Assembly (NCBI RefSeq): GCF_035594765.1
Contig: NC_085846.1
Location: 54,671,190 to 54,735,189, forward strand
Direction of reading: 5' to 3'
Source: Anolis carolinensis
Taxonomy: Eukaryota
Length of the DNA stretch: 64,000 bases
The first letter of the stretch is position 1. The number at the start of each line of letters is the position of its first letter. Shown here one piece after another: positions 13,437 to 25,239 of this stretch. A program made the translations under genes and the position numbers. The notes beneath the pieces were generated by a model, which saw nothing but the letters and a program-made list of their open reading frames with translations, was not told the DNA's origin and ran no database searches.

Positions 13437-13635
13437 AGGTCAGTTAAGATCAACTCTGGAAAAAGAACATGAAGAAGTTTGGGCCTGAAGGCATCTGATG
13501 ACATTACCTAGAAGAGTCATTACTTTCCTGTATAAGCAGGATGAGGATGTAGGGACTTCATCACATGAAGAAATACTGAGACTTTTCTGAGACTGTTTGA
13601 GAACAATTTCAAATGGTTCCCTTTACATGACATTT

Positions 13636-14347
13636 GCCCCATCCCATTAGTAATCAGTTAAAATCCACCTGCAAAACATTGTAGAAACTGAGCATTTCCA
13701 AATGAGATTTTACTCATATTATTTTAAATACTATGGAATTTTTCATCGTCGAAACACTGTTTTTGTATGTGATTGGAAAATCAGTATGCATCCCATTAGC
13801 AATAATATGACTTGTCATGAGGGGGCATTTCTGGTGGGCAGAGTATTTTTCCCCCTGAATTCTCGCAGCGGAAGCAGCAGCCGAAGGGGAAAGATCTCTG
13901 GGATTATGGAAATCGAGAATTGTCATTTTGCTTATATATATCCGGACTCTGTACAATTTCTTCCTCCATAACATTAGATGCTTCAGAACTCTGAATTTCA
14001 TACCAAAAGGTGAATGTATTTACTGCACAGATGCAAGTACATTTTCAATCTTGTGAAAGCTGGAGTTTGGGACTTGGAGGCTACATCACTGTGCAGAATT
14101 AGATTTTTCAAAAAAAAACAAAAATAAAGGTCACAAAGTGGGGTAGGAATCTTTTGAACGGATTGGGAGGAGCCAGCCTTCTAAGGCGTGATTGGACAAA
14201 GCACAGCATTTTCTTACGGTAAAAAACATAGTATTTGGTTGTGATGGGGTTAGTATGCATCCCCTCTGTATTCAGTATGCATTTAATCAGAAAAACTATG
14301 GGATGCATACGGATAGAAATTGAGTATTTCCTAAAGTGATGAGCTCC
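13636..14347. mobile_element. Possible PIF/Harbinger-like non-autonomous element
   Basis: Ends GCCCCATCCCA / GTGATGAGCTC resemble the TIRs at 17493 and 39796. The motif AGTATGCATCCC recurs internally in both orientations. Confidence 0.4.
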
Positions 14348-14348
14348 T

Positions 14349-14545
14349 AGGTTGATTATCCTTGTTCCAAAATGCTTGTGACCAGAAGTGGTTTGGATTT
14401 CACATTTTTCAGATTTTGAAATATTTTCATATACACAATGACATATATTTACAATTGAATCGAAGTCTAAACCTGAAATTCATTTTTGCTTCATACAATA
14501 CATATAACCCGAAGGTAATTTCATACACGATATTTTAAATAATCC
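14349..14545. mobile_element. Tigger-like MITE, partial
   Basis: AGGTTGATTATCC..CCAAAATGCTTGTGACCAGAAGTG..TTGGATTT, homologous to 57270-57597. Confidence 0.6.
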
Positions 14546-15239
14546 AGAGTACTACATAATTTCAGCCAATATTATTACTTAAAGTAGGCCGTTGAATGTC
14601 TTCTCATCTCACCACATACTGCATAGACTTCATACTTCAGGGCAGTATGACCTATTATATCTTTATTTCTAGCCTGAAAGTCATTCTAGTCAGACATATG
14701 AAGCAGGCATAATCCAAAATCTGGGACACCAGATCAGGTCTACTTTGCAGCCCGAGAAGGACTCCCTGAGCTGCTTTGGCATCAGCAGGAAATCCCAACT
14801 ACCTATCCACTCTGACCCAGCCCGGCGCCACTGGGAAGGGGCCCTAATTGCCATGCTCATTCCCCCATGTCACGGCTAGCTACAGACTCAACACAGTCAC
14901 CTTTTGAGGGTCCTCCAGCCTTCTGGAGGCTAGGAGCAAGGAAATCCCCCTTCTTCTTCCTCCCAGCCTCCTTCATGAGTCACAGGACATGCCGGAAGGC
15001 TGGTGGACCCCTGAGAGTATGGTAGGTGTCTGTGTTGCAGCCCCTCTCTCTCCTCCCAACTTAGATAATCTGGGAAGTCTAATGTTCTTGTTACAAAAGA
15101 TACCATCTTTTAGGAGTGATGTTGTTATTCAGTTATGTCATTGTCTAATTGGTGGTAATATCTTTGTTATCACTTTGATGTGGATGTTGGATTTGTTTTG
15201 ATTTTGGTGGCTTTGGTTGTTTTGTTTTTTGTTAGCACT

Positions 15240-15332
15240 TTATGACATTGAATGTTTGCTGCTGCCTGTTATAAACCATGGAGTCCCCATGGGGAGATAG
15301 GGCGATATATAAATAAAGTTGTTTATTATTAT
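15240..15332 (+). mobile_element. L2-type 3' tail (LINE or L2-dependent SINE)
   Basis: CATTGAATGTTTGC...GAGTCCCCATGGGGAGATAGGGCG...AAATAAA. Confidence 0.6.
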
Positions 15333-15337
15333 AATAA

Positions 15338-15448
15338 TACTTATTATTGACACAAAAACACAGTATGACAAAGCAAACGAGATGTATATGCTGGATTTTG
15401 TATAACAAAATCACAAGTTGAACACTTCCCAAGCGTTTAGGACTGTGT
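15338..15448 (-). mobile_element. R4/Dong LINE 3' UTR fragment
   Basis: The reverse complement matches the 3' end of the R4 copy at 58742-58825, and it sits beside TTA repeats. Confidence 0.8.
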
Positions 15449-15473
15449 TGTTGTTGTTGTTGTTGTTGTTGTA

Positions 15474-15680
15474 ATTATTATCTTCATTTCTATCCCACTC
15501 TTCTCACCCCACAGGGGACTCAGAGCGGTTTACAACATACATTTAGGCAAAAATTCAATGCCTCATTATACAAAGCAAATAAAACATAACAAAATCAATA
15601 GAAACAATCAACATATAAATACAATTAAAAACCGTTAACATTAAGATATTAAAACATAAAACAGCATCTAGATATACCCT
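15474..15680 (-). mobile_element. L2-type 3' tail/UTR
   Basis: CTTCTCACCCCACAGGGGACTCAGAGCGGTTTACA followed by an A-rich (minus-strand T-rich) UTR. Confidence 0.65.
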
Positions 15681-15769
15681 ACTAGCCCCTAGCCCCCCCC
15701 CCCCCCCCGCTAGCCCCCCCCCCCCCATGATCTTAAGATCTTCTTTAAGGCTCCCTTGGATGGTGCTGG

Positions 15770-15779
15770 GTTGTTGTTG

Positions 15780-15830
<51 letters not shown>
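15770..15830. repeat. (GTT)n(ATT)n compound microsatellite
   Basis: Direct reading. There is also (GTT)n at 15447-15472 and poly-C at 15693-15726. Confidence 0.9.
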
Positions 15831-17492
15831 GTGAATCACAGGACCCACCAGAAAACTGGTGGATCCCCAAGAGTATGGTAGGTGTTTGTTTTGCAGCTGG
15901 CTACAACTTTGATATAGGTGATAGGAGCAGGAGAGGACAGACATCTGACATTCTTGGCTACCTGAGATTGGGGAGTGTGAGATAGTTGTAAGGACAGTTG
16001 TCTCATTCCTCTTAGGAACTGGCCCAGCTGTCCTAACTATCTCTTACTCGGAGGACAACATGAATCCTGCTTCAGGTTTTGGATTTTTCCTTTGGTTAAC
16101 CTGGATCAGCCCTGCATGGTGTTTTGCTGCCGAAGGTTGCTCAAATCACACACAGACCAAAGTGAGCAGTGCAGATATGCCCTTAGTTCTGCCTCTACCA
16201 TCTGAAACCTGGTGTCAAATAATGGCTGAAAGGCAGGAACAAGGGTTCCTTTGAACACATTCTCAAGCCTAGGAATTTGTTTTCAGTATAGCAGCCTTGC
16301 ATGCCCTTTCACTTCCCATACCTCTCAGAAAATGCATATGAACATATTCTTCATACCACTTCTCATATCCAATCCTGAGAAGGGGTAATCTCCTTCCAAC
16401 TCATGTTGCTGCCAAAGTCCTGCCCCAGAGAACAGAAAAATCTGTAAGAAAAAAATGTGATTAAAAATAAATGCGTAGTCTTTATTTTGGTGGAAAGCAA
16501 TATTTTGCAAACATACTGATGGGAAACCAACAATACATTTAGTATTTTGTATCATCATTCATCCTACACAGATTGCAAATAGTTCACTTCACATTTTAGA
16601 TTTTTTTTATGCATGCAACAATTAATATGGGAAGGCATGGGAAAATATTTTCAGATATAGCATGTTGTTTTTAACTCTCATGGATATTAAAATAGCCAAA
16701 AACCATAAACAAATCCAAATGTAAGAATGGATAACATGAAGTAAAAAGGAAAATAGTGGGTTTTATGACACCATTTGCATACTGAATTATGATGCAGCCT
16801 TATTTATTGTGGTACATCTCTTCCTTCTACAAATGCCTATGTCTGAACCAGAGACCCCACCATTATATTCATCAGTCCTGTGAGGTAAGATAGTCAGACA
16901 GAATCAATGGGTCAACATGTCCAGGGAGTGTAATGGCTCAGTATATACTAGGACCAGAGTTTCAAAAATTGTTGGAGTACTACAGCACACTATCTCAGCA
17001 GGTCATGTATAGATCTGCAGAGTTCCACATAGCAGAAATATTAAGTTTCAAGTTCTTTTAAAGAATCTCTAGCTATTTGCCAACTTTAAAAAATAAGTGT
17101 GTTATTCCTTTAATATTATGCTTCTGTTCTGGGGATAGCAATAACCTGGATTTGGGCACAATTAGTTAGTGATGAGACCTTGGTTAGACCTGTTTTTAAA
17201 TTATTTATCAGGAGGCTGTGTACTTTTTTGGTATAAGTTATATAGCTTCAGCATTAAAGGCCAAGAACACTTTTGGGTATTTATTTTCTATGAGTGGTCT
17301 ATCATTTGTCCCTCTGCATTTATTCAGCCCTTTGTAACTATTTTGCTTAGTGTTGTTGTTTTAACTCACACAGGGCTAATTATTACCCTTCTGCTTTATA
17401 CCTATATTTCCTTATAGTAATATCCTTATATCTCCTTCAACATTTTTCAGGGAAAATAGATTTATAAAAAGCATTACACAAAGCCTCTCTTA

Positions 17493-17844
17493 GGACCTCA
17501 TCAGACAGTCTTTTTGTGCATTTTTAAACACTTCCCCATGGGATCATGTGTGTCCCGTCCCACAACGCATTTCCCATTTCATCAGAAATCAGTCAGTTCC
17601 CACCAGGAAACCATCTTGTTCCCATCAGTTTTGAAGTCGAGTGGGAATAGGCTTCACACATCTCTAGGTTCATTGAATGCATCTTATTTCCCATGGGATG
17701 AGCAATCCATCCCCATTCATTGTACTCCATTTGATTTTCATTGCCAAGCCATCATGACGTGTAAAGTGTGGGAGTGCTCAGTGTGACGTGGCCAATCTGC
17801 TGACAGATTGGGAGGAGACACGCGCTGCCTGTCTGATAAGGTAC
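17493..17844. mobile_element. PIF/Harbinger-like MITE
   Basis: TIR GGACCTCATCAGACAG / CTGTCTGATAAGGTAC, flanked by TTA / TAA. Confidence 0.65.
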
Positions 17845-18171
17845 TAAGCTCATTCAGTCTTTGAAATCAGAAACAAGCACATCATGTGTGTCTCCCATCT
17901 TGTTCAGTACATACTAAACAAGACGGTAAAGTGATTCCCTAAGGCGCTTACCCTTTGAGTGTAATGAGATCCTTAGCCAGAGCTTGAAAACTACATTTTG
18001 TGCCTCTAACTTTCAGAAACCCCATAGAGATTCTGGAGGACTGTAGTTCCATGTTTTGTATCTATATCAGATGCTGGATATTGCTTTTCACACTTCCTGC
18101 TGAAAAATAAGAAATTGAGCCATCCTCTTCTCTGGCTAGAGTAGCAAAAGGTGAAAGCTTAGTCCATAATA

Positions 18172-18450
18172 CAGGCATGTAGCCGGGGGGGGGGGGGGGG
18201 TTGAGGGGCTTCAGCCCCCCCCCCCTGAAATTTTCAGAGTGGTCCGCGAGAAGACCTTAAATTTATTATTTAAACTGTTATGTTTATTCATATCATGATC
18301 TGATCATCATGCTCAATATATCCCATATGCATGGGGGTATTGGGATAACAATACAAAAGGTTTGCTTGGGTAGATCCTCTCCCACCCAGATTTGCCCCCC
18401 CACCACCACGAAGCAAAATCCCAGCACCCCCGAATCAAAATCCTGGCCTG
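18172..18450. mobile_element. hAT MITE
   Basis: Perfect 8-bp TSD CCATAATA (18164-18171, 18451-18458) and left TIR CAGGCATGTAGCC. A second copy lies at 26350. Confidence 0.9.
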
Positions 18451-20003
18451 CCATAATAGGAGAATCTAAAGGAAGCACCAATACTCTATACTTTCTCCAT
18501 CGTGGTACTACTTCTGGCTTATTTGAATGCCTGAGTGGTGAAACGGTGGTGAGGGATGGCTGACCTTCTGAGGAGGCACTGGCACGTTCCCCACTCCACG
18601 GAATAACTCTCAACCTATCCATATGTTGGCCCAAAAGGTATTCTTGACTTGTACATGAGTTAAATTTTAATACAAGTATATACAAGCATTAGAAAGCCTG
18701 CTCCTCTTTATTTTCACTCCCAATTCTATATTTAACCCCATGTCCATTATGCCAACCTTTAATGCCAGCAAGAGTAGAATATACATCCTGCCTTGAATTT
18801 TCTTACTTAACCAGTTTTGGTAAAGTTCAATTGCCTACCCCAGAGTTTTAAAAGCAAAACATCAAGTTAAACTAATAAAGCTATTATCTTTAGGAACTGG
18901 AATGTGAATTCTATTTCCAATACCATTTTTCCCACATGTGTTTTTCTGGACTGCCCATATTGGGCTTAACTGAACTGCACATTCATGTCTCCATTCCATT
19001 GACTATGACTAAGAACCTGTCCATAGAAAGCCACAACATACTTAAAACTTCAAGAATGCAATCATTCTTCTTCAAAGTTATTTTTAGTGAGGTGCTTTTT
19101 CAGTCTCAGGCACACAAAAAACAAGAAAAAAGAGGGTAGAAAAGGGGAAACACATTCCTAAAACCCAATTCTAGCCATACATCAGTAGCCTCTTCTTTGA
19201 TGCAAAGAATCCTTTGATGATTCAGAACCTCCCAGAGCTCATGATCCTAAAAGGGATTGGGCTCCTTTTCATTCATTTATATTAAGGTTGTTTCTTCTCT
19301 CGAAAGGGAGAAAAGGATCTGACAGAGCAGCATTCTCTTCTAAGCATGTCCCCCTAAAATCCAGGCAGTTTAATGACCCCTGACAAATTTTCTGCTACTA
19401 CCAGCAATTAATGACCAGCTTAATTAATGTCCTGAGGCAAGGTTAATCTAGCATTTCCAACAGTACCCAAAACAAAACACAATCCATATCCAAAATATTT
19501 TAGCAGCTTTGTCTTCTTACACACATTTTCTTAACTAGGACTTATTCACCAGCTCGAAATCAGTGGCCTGCAAAGTGGATATATGCAAGGAAAACTTCAT
19601 TAAAACAGAAAATAATAATAGACTAGTTGTTTCTCTGTGTTGTTGTTGTTGTTGTTGTTGTTGTTTCCTTGATCCAAAACATGGCAATCCCCCAGAGAGT
19701 TCAGGAAACATCAAAGGGAATTTAAGATTGGCAAAACATCTCTTCCGCTTTTTTTTATGAAATCGGCAGTGCTTTTTTTTGTACCCCAGTATTTTCAGCA
19801 ATATTTGTATTATCCACTGCAGGAAACAAAATGAGCATGATATTCTTATTCATAGTACATATCAATAAGAATAGTACATATTTTGGGCTTCTGCGTAGTA
19901 GCCTGGAAGTATCTCTCAAAGTGTTTGACTAAGTTAAGGCAAATTGGAGTCAGTCTGCTAAAACCTTACTACATAAGGCCCTATATGACACTAGATAATA
20001 TAC

Positions 20004-20380
20004 CAGGAATCCTCAAACTAAGGCCATGGCCTGGATATGGCTCTCCAAGGTCATTTATCTGGCCTCCACTCTGAACTTTAAACTAAGTCTGAAACAACTT
20101 GAAGGCACACAACAACAACAATCCTAATTAACTTGACTATTTCATCAGTCAAAAACAGGCCCACACTTCCCACTGAAATACTGACAAATTTATCTTGATT
20201 AAAATTGGTCTTCATTTTAAATATTGCATTGTTCTTTTGATGTTTTTGCACTACAAATAAAATGTGTGCAGTGTGCATAGGAGTTTGTGCATGTTTTTTC
20301 AAACTATAGTCAAATCCCCTCCCACAACAGTCTGAGAGATCGGAAATCAGCCCTCTGTTTAAAAAGTTTGTTGACCCCTG
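20004..20380. mobile_element. hAT (Charlie-type) non-autonomous element
   Basis: TIR CAGGAATCCTCAAACT / AGTTTGTTGACCCCTG, with ATATAC on both flanks. Confidence 0.8.
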
Positions 20381-20842
20381 ATATACGTATTTATAATCTG
20401 GAAAAATAATCTGGAACAAGCTTTGGATTCATATGTTTTCATCTTCTCTGTGCTCTTCTGTAGTCATTACAAGACAGTCATAATTTCATTAACCAGCATT
20501 TTGATTAAAAACTATTTACTGTACTGATTTTTATCTATTATTATATTATTATATTGTAGCTTGAGGATGCGTTTTTCACTAGTATTAGAAAGAGTATGAT
20601 TAATTTAATTTAGAATCAGATCAAAGAATTTCAATTCAGGGGAAACTCACCATTTTTGCATGTCAAAATTGGTATTTGTATCAAACATCTTTTGTAGTGT
20701 GCACTTTTCTGATGATTTTGTATATATTAGAAAAACGTATATATGGAAAATGTATATATTAGAAAAAATATATATTTTAGGGAAATACTATTAAAATACG
20801 TTATACAGTAAATTTGCTTTAAAAAAGTTATAAAATGTAAAT

Positions 20843-21272
20843 CAGTGGTACAGCAGTGGGCTGTGAGAAAGAAAATCTGGTCTGCGAACCTCCTTCCTCT
20901 TTATTTATTTTATTTTATTTTATTAATTTGATTTCAGCTACTTTCTGCAGAGCTGACAATTGCATTAGATAGACCATATCAGCTCTAGATTATTAAATAT
21001 GGTTTTCTGTGGGTGAGCAGATGGCGACTACTGGATGGCATATGTTCTGTATCAGAAACTAGAGCTGATGTGGTCTATCCAATGCAATTTTCTGAACCAA
21101 CATCCCAAATAACAAAACCAAATCTAAAGTTGACCAAAAACCTATTTGTAACCCTTTTGGTACTAACGTTGAAGAGTGATCCCTGGTCAAATTGGGCCCA
21201 TTCAAGTGTTCCCTGGTTAAAGTAGGTCCTAGTCAAGTGGGCCCTGGACAAAAAAAAGGTTGCCAACCACTG
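20843..21272. mobile_element. hAT non-autonomous composite element
   Basis: Perfect 8-bp TSD ATGTAAAT, CAGTGGT/ACCACTG ends, subterminal CCCTGGTCAA-like repeats and an internal inverted repeat. Confidence 0.85.
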
Positions 21273-21610
21273 ATGTAAATGATTATAAACAAATATGCAT
21301 GTTCTAGGAAAAATGTACACAGAAATACATACTTCAAGAAAAGATTTTGAAATTCAGAATAAACTGGAATAATAATTCAGCATAAAACTGGAATAATAAG
21401 AAACTGAGAAAAATTGAAAAAGTCAAGATTCTAATGACATGTCTAATATGACCAAAACTTGCATGTAAGAGCACTGAGTGTGATCAGAGTGCTTTAAGTT
21501 CACACTATATAGGTCAGCAGGACATCACATGAAATCAGAAATTGGCTATTATTGTTCAAATAATATTTTTGTTCAAATATGGGTGGTAGACAAGTTCCAA
21601 GAGAAAGGTA

Positions 21611-21882
21611 TGCCCCATCTCATAGAATCATAGAATAGTAGAGTTGGAAGAGACCTCATGGACCATCCAGTCTAACCCCCTGCCAAGAAGCAGGAAATCG
21701 CATTCACCAAGATCTAATCTACACCAAGATATAATGCAGTTTGACCTGCATTATATGATCCGTATAGACTCATATAACACTACATTGAACTGGATTATAT
21801 CAATCTACAATGCCATCTAATCCAGTTCAATGCAGTTAATCTGCATTCTGAAACTGCATTATATGACATTGTAGATGGGGCC
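21611..21882. mobile_element. PIF/Harbinger-like MITE interrupted by a CR1 tail
   Basis: GCCCCATCT...ACA / TGTAGATGGGGCC termini with internal TAATGCAGTTT/AAACTGCATTA repeats. Confidence 0.7.
21621..21706 (-). mobile_element. CR1 3' tail (~85 bp)
   Basis: Nearly identical to 3427-3512. Confidence 0.9.
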
Positions 21883-21930
21883 AGAGACTGAATGCTTTCA
21901 CTTTAAAGATTCTCAAGTGAAGTGTAATAA

Positions 21931-23082
21931 TGTTGTCGACCGCGTTTTAGGGGATCGGGCCCTTAAGGAGAGACCCGATCTGGTCCTGAGAGAACGGACC
22001 TTGGCGGAGCCAATAGGAAAATATGAGCCGCAATACAACCTGAAGCCTAAATGAAGAAGGTCCGCCAAAGTTGAAGGAAAATCCGCCAAGGAGTCTTTAT
22101 TGAGCAATTCAGCTGAAGAGGACTCTAGTAGCAATCATTCAGTCTACTAGGGCACCATATAATCAAAATAAAGCCATATTTATACAAAATTTCAGTCTGA
22201 CAGTCCTTTGAATTTCCCGCCCTGCTCCCCCGCCCATCTGATCGTTGATAGGCTAGAAGGTTGAACGAGGCGGGCTTTCGTTTCCCGCCTTGCTCCGTTG
22301 GCCCAATAGGAAGCTGCCTTTTGTCTCTACTCGGGCCAATCAGGAAGGAGAAGGCGGGAGTTATTGAAACAATGAAGTGACAGGGCAGGAAATATCGGAT
22401 TAATTCCTGCTAGACCGATTTCTAAAGGGATTAATGGCAGCAATCAAGGATGTCCGGGTTTCTGTCACATATACAGATTTTAGATATGCCTTGGGGTGTC
22501 AGAGGTGGAAGTAAAGATGGGTGGTGATGAGCCATATTGACAGGCTCGGCAGGGCGCCTTCCTGAGGTGTCCTGGATTTTCCTTTGGGTGAGATATGACA
22601 ATGTTTGCCTTGGGGGTCAACACTCTGAATTCGGCGACTCAAGCCCTATATTGTCCATGCAATTTGAATTTGATTGGGTTTTAGCGGGGGCAGATTATCC
22701 TTTTGTTTTTGGGAAGGGAAGCCTGGGTCATAGGAAATGGGATAGGTTCTGGGGTTCAGGTTGAGTTCAAAATATTTCCTATTTGATTTCATGACTTGGC
22801 AATTATATGAAATAAAATGAAAAATAAAATAAAGTTGGAATATAAACCATGCTGGGAAAAATACATAATTTCCGGGGATCCCAAAGAGTACAAATACATA
22901 TAGGCAGATAGATAGATTTCATGGAAATAAGGGAGAATTCATAAAAGTGAGTTACATTGCATAAAGGGGAATCATGAATGGTATAAACAATTGAAAATAT
23001 TTGATAAGAACGAAGTTCATAACATCTGGAGAACCCAGCATGGAAATTCATAAAAGTGGAGTTTTAGCAGCATGATTTTACA
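21931..23082 (-). mobile_element. Probable solo LTR (ERV-like); right boundary approximate
   Basis: TGTTG terminus, minus-strand AATAAA (22096-22101) and TATAAATA (22177-22184), CCAAT boxes at 22303 and 22336, CpG-rich. TSD not resolved. Confidence 0.55.
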
Positions 23083-23468
23083 ATTCATAAAGTTGTTATC
23101 TCTTGCCTCAGAGTGCAGGGATAATCCACAGTAAACTCCAGTAAAAAGTCTCAATCACCTTCTACTATAAATATATGGAATATAGAACATAAAGTCTTGA
23201 TTTTTGAACTATCTTTTACAAAGTCCTGGGGGGGGGGGGTGGTCACCTCGATCACAATAATAAAGATCTTAAGTCAATTAACTTCAAGATACCTAACTGA
23301 AAATCATCTTCTGAAAAGTTCTCAACATATATACAACATACTGCAATTTCAAAAATCCTTAATAAATCATCCAACTTTTGCCTTTTGACTAGAGGCTTAA
23401 CTTGGTCTTCCCCCAGCCTCCTCTTATCTGAACAAAGAAAGATAGCCAATGATGTCTTGGGCTGAAGT

Positions 23469-23545
23469 TTGTTGTTGTTTATTTGTTCAGTCGCTTTCTA
23501 CTCTTTGTGACCTCATGGACTAGCCCACGCCAGAGCTCCCTGTCA
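23469..23545 (-). mobile_element. BovB 3' tail
   Basis: The reverse complement matches 31161-31215 and ends in a (CAA)n tail. Confidence 0.8.
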
Positions 23546-24008
23546 TGGCTTTTTCAACAGCGGTTTTATGATGGCCTCCTTTAGGCCCACTGGAATCTTG
23601 CCTTCTTGTAAAGAGGCATTAACCACCATTTTTTCCTATTTGGTGTATTCTGCATGTGGAATTCCCTCCCCAGTGAAATTAGATCGGCCTCCTCACTCTT
23701 GGCATTTAGAAAACAACTTAAAACTGGCTATTTAAGCAAGCATTCAATGAGTGACAGCAGCAATAAAGCCATGAAATAATAACCTCAGGATCAGTGCAAT
23801 GTTTTAATGTTTGGGTCTTATGTCAATGTCTATGATTGATACTTTATAGTTTAAAGGTCTTAATTTACAATTATATGCTATTTTAGATATGTGATGTGTT
23901 TTTATACACATCACATTTGCCACTCACCATGTTGTAAACTGCTTTGAGTCCCCCAAGGGGTGAGAAAAGCAGTATAGAAATGCAATAAATAAATAAATAA
24001 ATAATAAA
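23546..24008 (+). mobile_element. L2 3' end preceded by an inverted L2 RT fragment
   Basis: Minus 23546-23630 encodes MVVNASLQEGKIPVGLKEAIIKPLLKKP. Plus 23657 onward encodes WNSLPSEIRSASSLLAFRKQLKT, followed by UTR and a (TAAA)n tail. Confidence 0.8.
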
Positions 24009-25239
24009 AATGGAATTGAAAATGCATCTGTAATTTTTTAATTAATATTTTATGTATTTGGAGGAACAGTGTTTATGTACTGGGGTGATGTGAAGCGGTT
24101 AACTGCACAACTGCAAACTTGTTCAAAGATTATTGTGAAGTCTTGTGAGAGCATTTTTCCACAAAAGAGTTGCATGAACAAAAAGGACATGTGCCAGTTT
24201 GGAGCAGTTATGGCTGAGCTGCTGCAGTAAGTTGAAAGTGCTTCAGTTTCCTAAAAGTGCTTTCAGCAAAAATGTATGTGATAGGAAAAGTGGCTATCCT
24301 GGTGTGCTCCAGCTCTCACACTGATGGGTTTTCAACACCAAAACATACTTTACCTTGTGCAGTAAAGTCCATAGTCACACACCTAAACACCTTCACTTTT
24401 GAACTTTTAACCACTGCAAGTTTAATTATCTAATATTTATGGTAGGAGGCAAGGAACATAGAAGGTCTTGTGAAACAGAGGAAATAAAAGCATTAGATAT
24501 TAACTTAATCTCATCTTCATTTTACTTTCTAACTCTAGATCCATAGGGTACTCGTTTTATTGCTAAACATATTTATTGTATAAAACTATATGAAAGAATA
24601 CATTTGAAACAGGAAAATATAACAATTAATTGTAGCATTAGAGCAATAGAGGCCAAGGATGCCAACGGATGGAGCTTCTACTAGAGGATCACTGTTATGA
24701 ATTACCCATCCATAAGCTTCTTTCACAATGCCATATGGCCTCCAAATGGCCTTTCAAACTATGTTTTGATGACAAGCTAAGCCAATAAATTACAGTTTTA
24801 CTTTTATATATCACATTTCCTCTGAGGCCCTTTACAAGCTAGTTGATCTAGCTGAACAATGAAAAGAAAAATGTGAGTATTTTTTCTTTGGACACTACTA
24901 GACCAATTTTGCCAAAGTTTTCCTTCTGTCCAGAAAAAAATCTATACCTCAGTTTCAATTCTATACGTTGAGATGTTCAGTATCTAATCACAATAAGATA
25001 TATGTACTATATCTTACTATACTATACTGTACTATAAACTGCGTTGACCTTTGTAAATAAACCCAAATCTTGGAGTGATCGAACTGCAATGGTAATTGAT
25101 TGCCCAATATTTCTTAAATTGACTTGTTTCACTATTCTTTTGTCCCTATTTCTTTTTCTTTTTTCAATTTAGTACCTATTGCTACATATCTACAGAGCAC
25201 TAACTACTCTCCAACATATGCACTTTTGGATGAAGTGAA

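Noticed and set aside
13840-14200. Host promoter (TATATATAAG, two CCAAT boxes, CGGAAG)
   Set aside because: It lies within a probable Harbinger-like element, and the GATTGGGAGGAG motif recurs in the MITE near 17806. It is not a CpG island.
16060-16254. Signal-peptide-like first exon MNPASGFGFFLWLTWISPAWCFA with AAA|gtgagc donor
   Set aside because: I found no compatible downstream plus-strand exons and no recognisable homology, so it could easily be chance.
24700-24765. WD40-like peptide LKGHLEAIWHC on the minus strand
   Set aside because: The acceptor is poor and the match is too short to support a WD40 gene.
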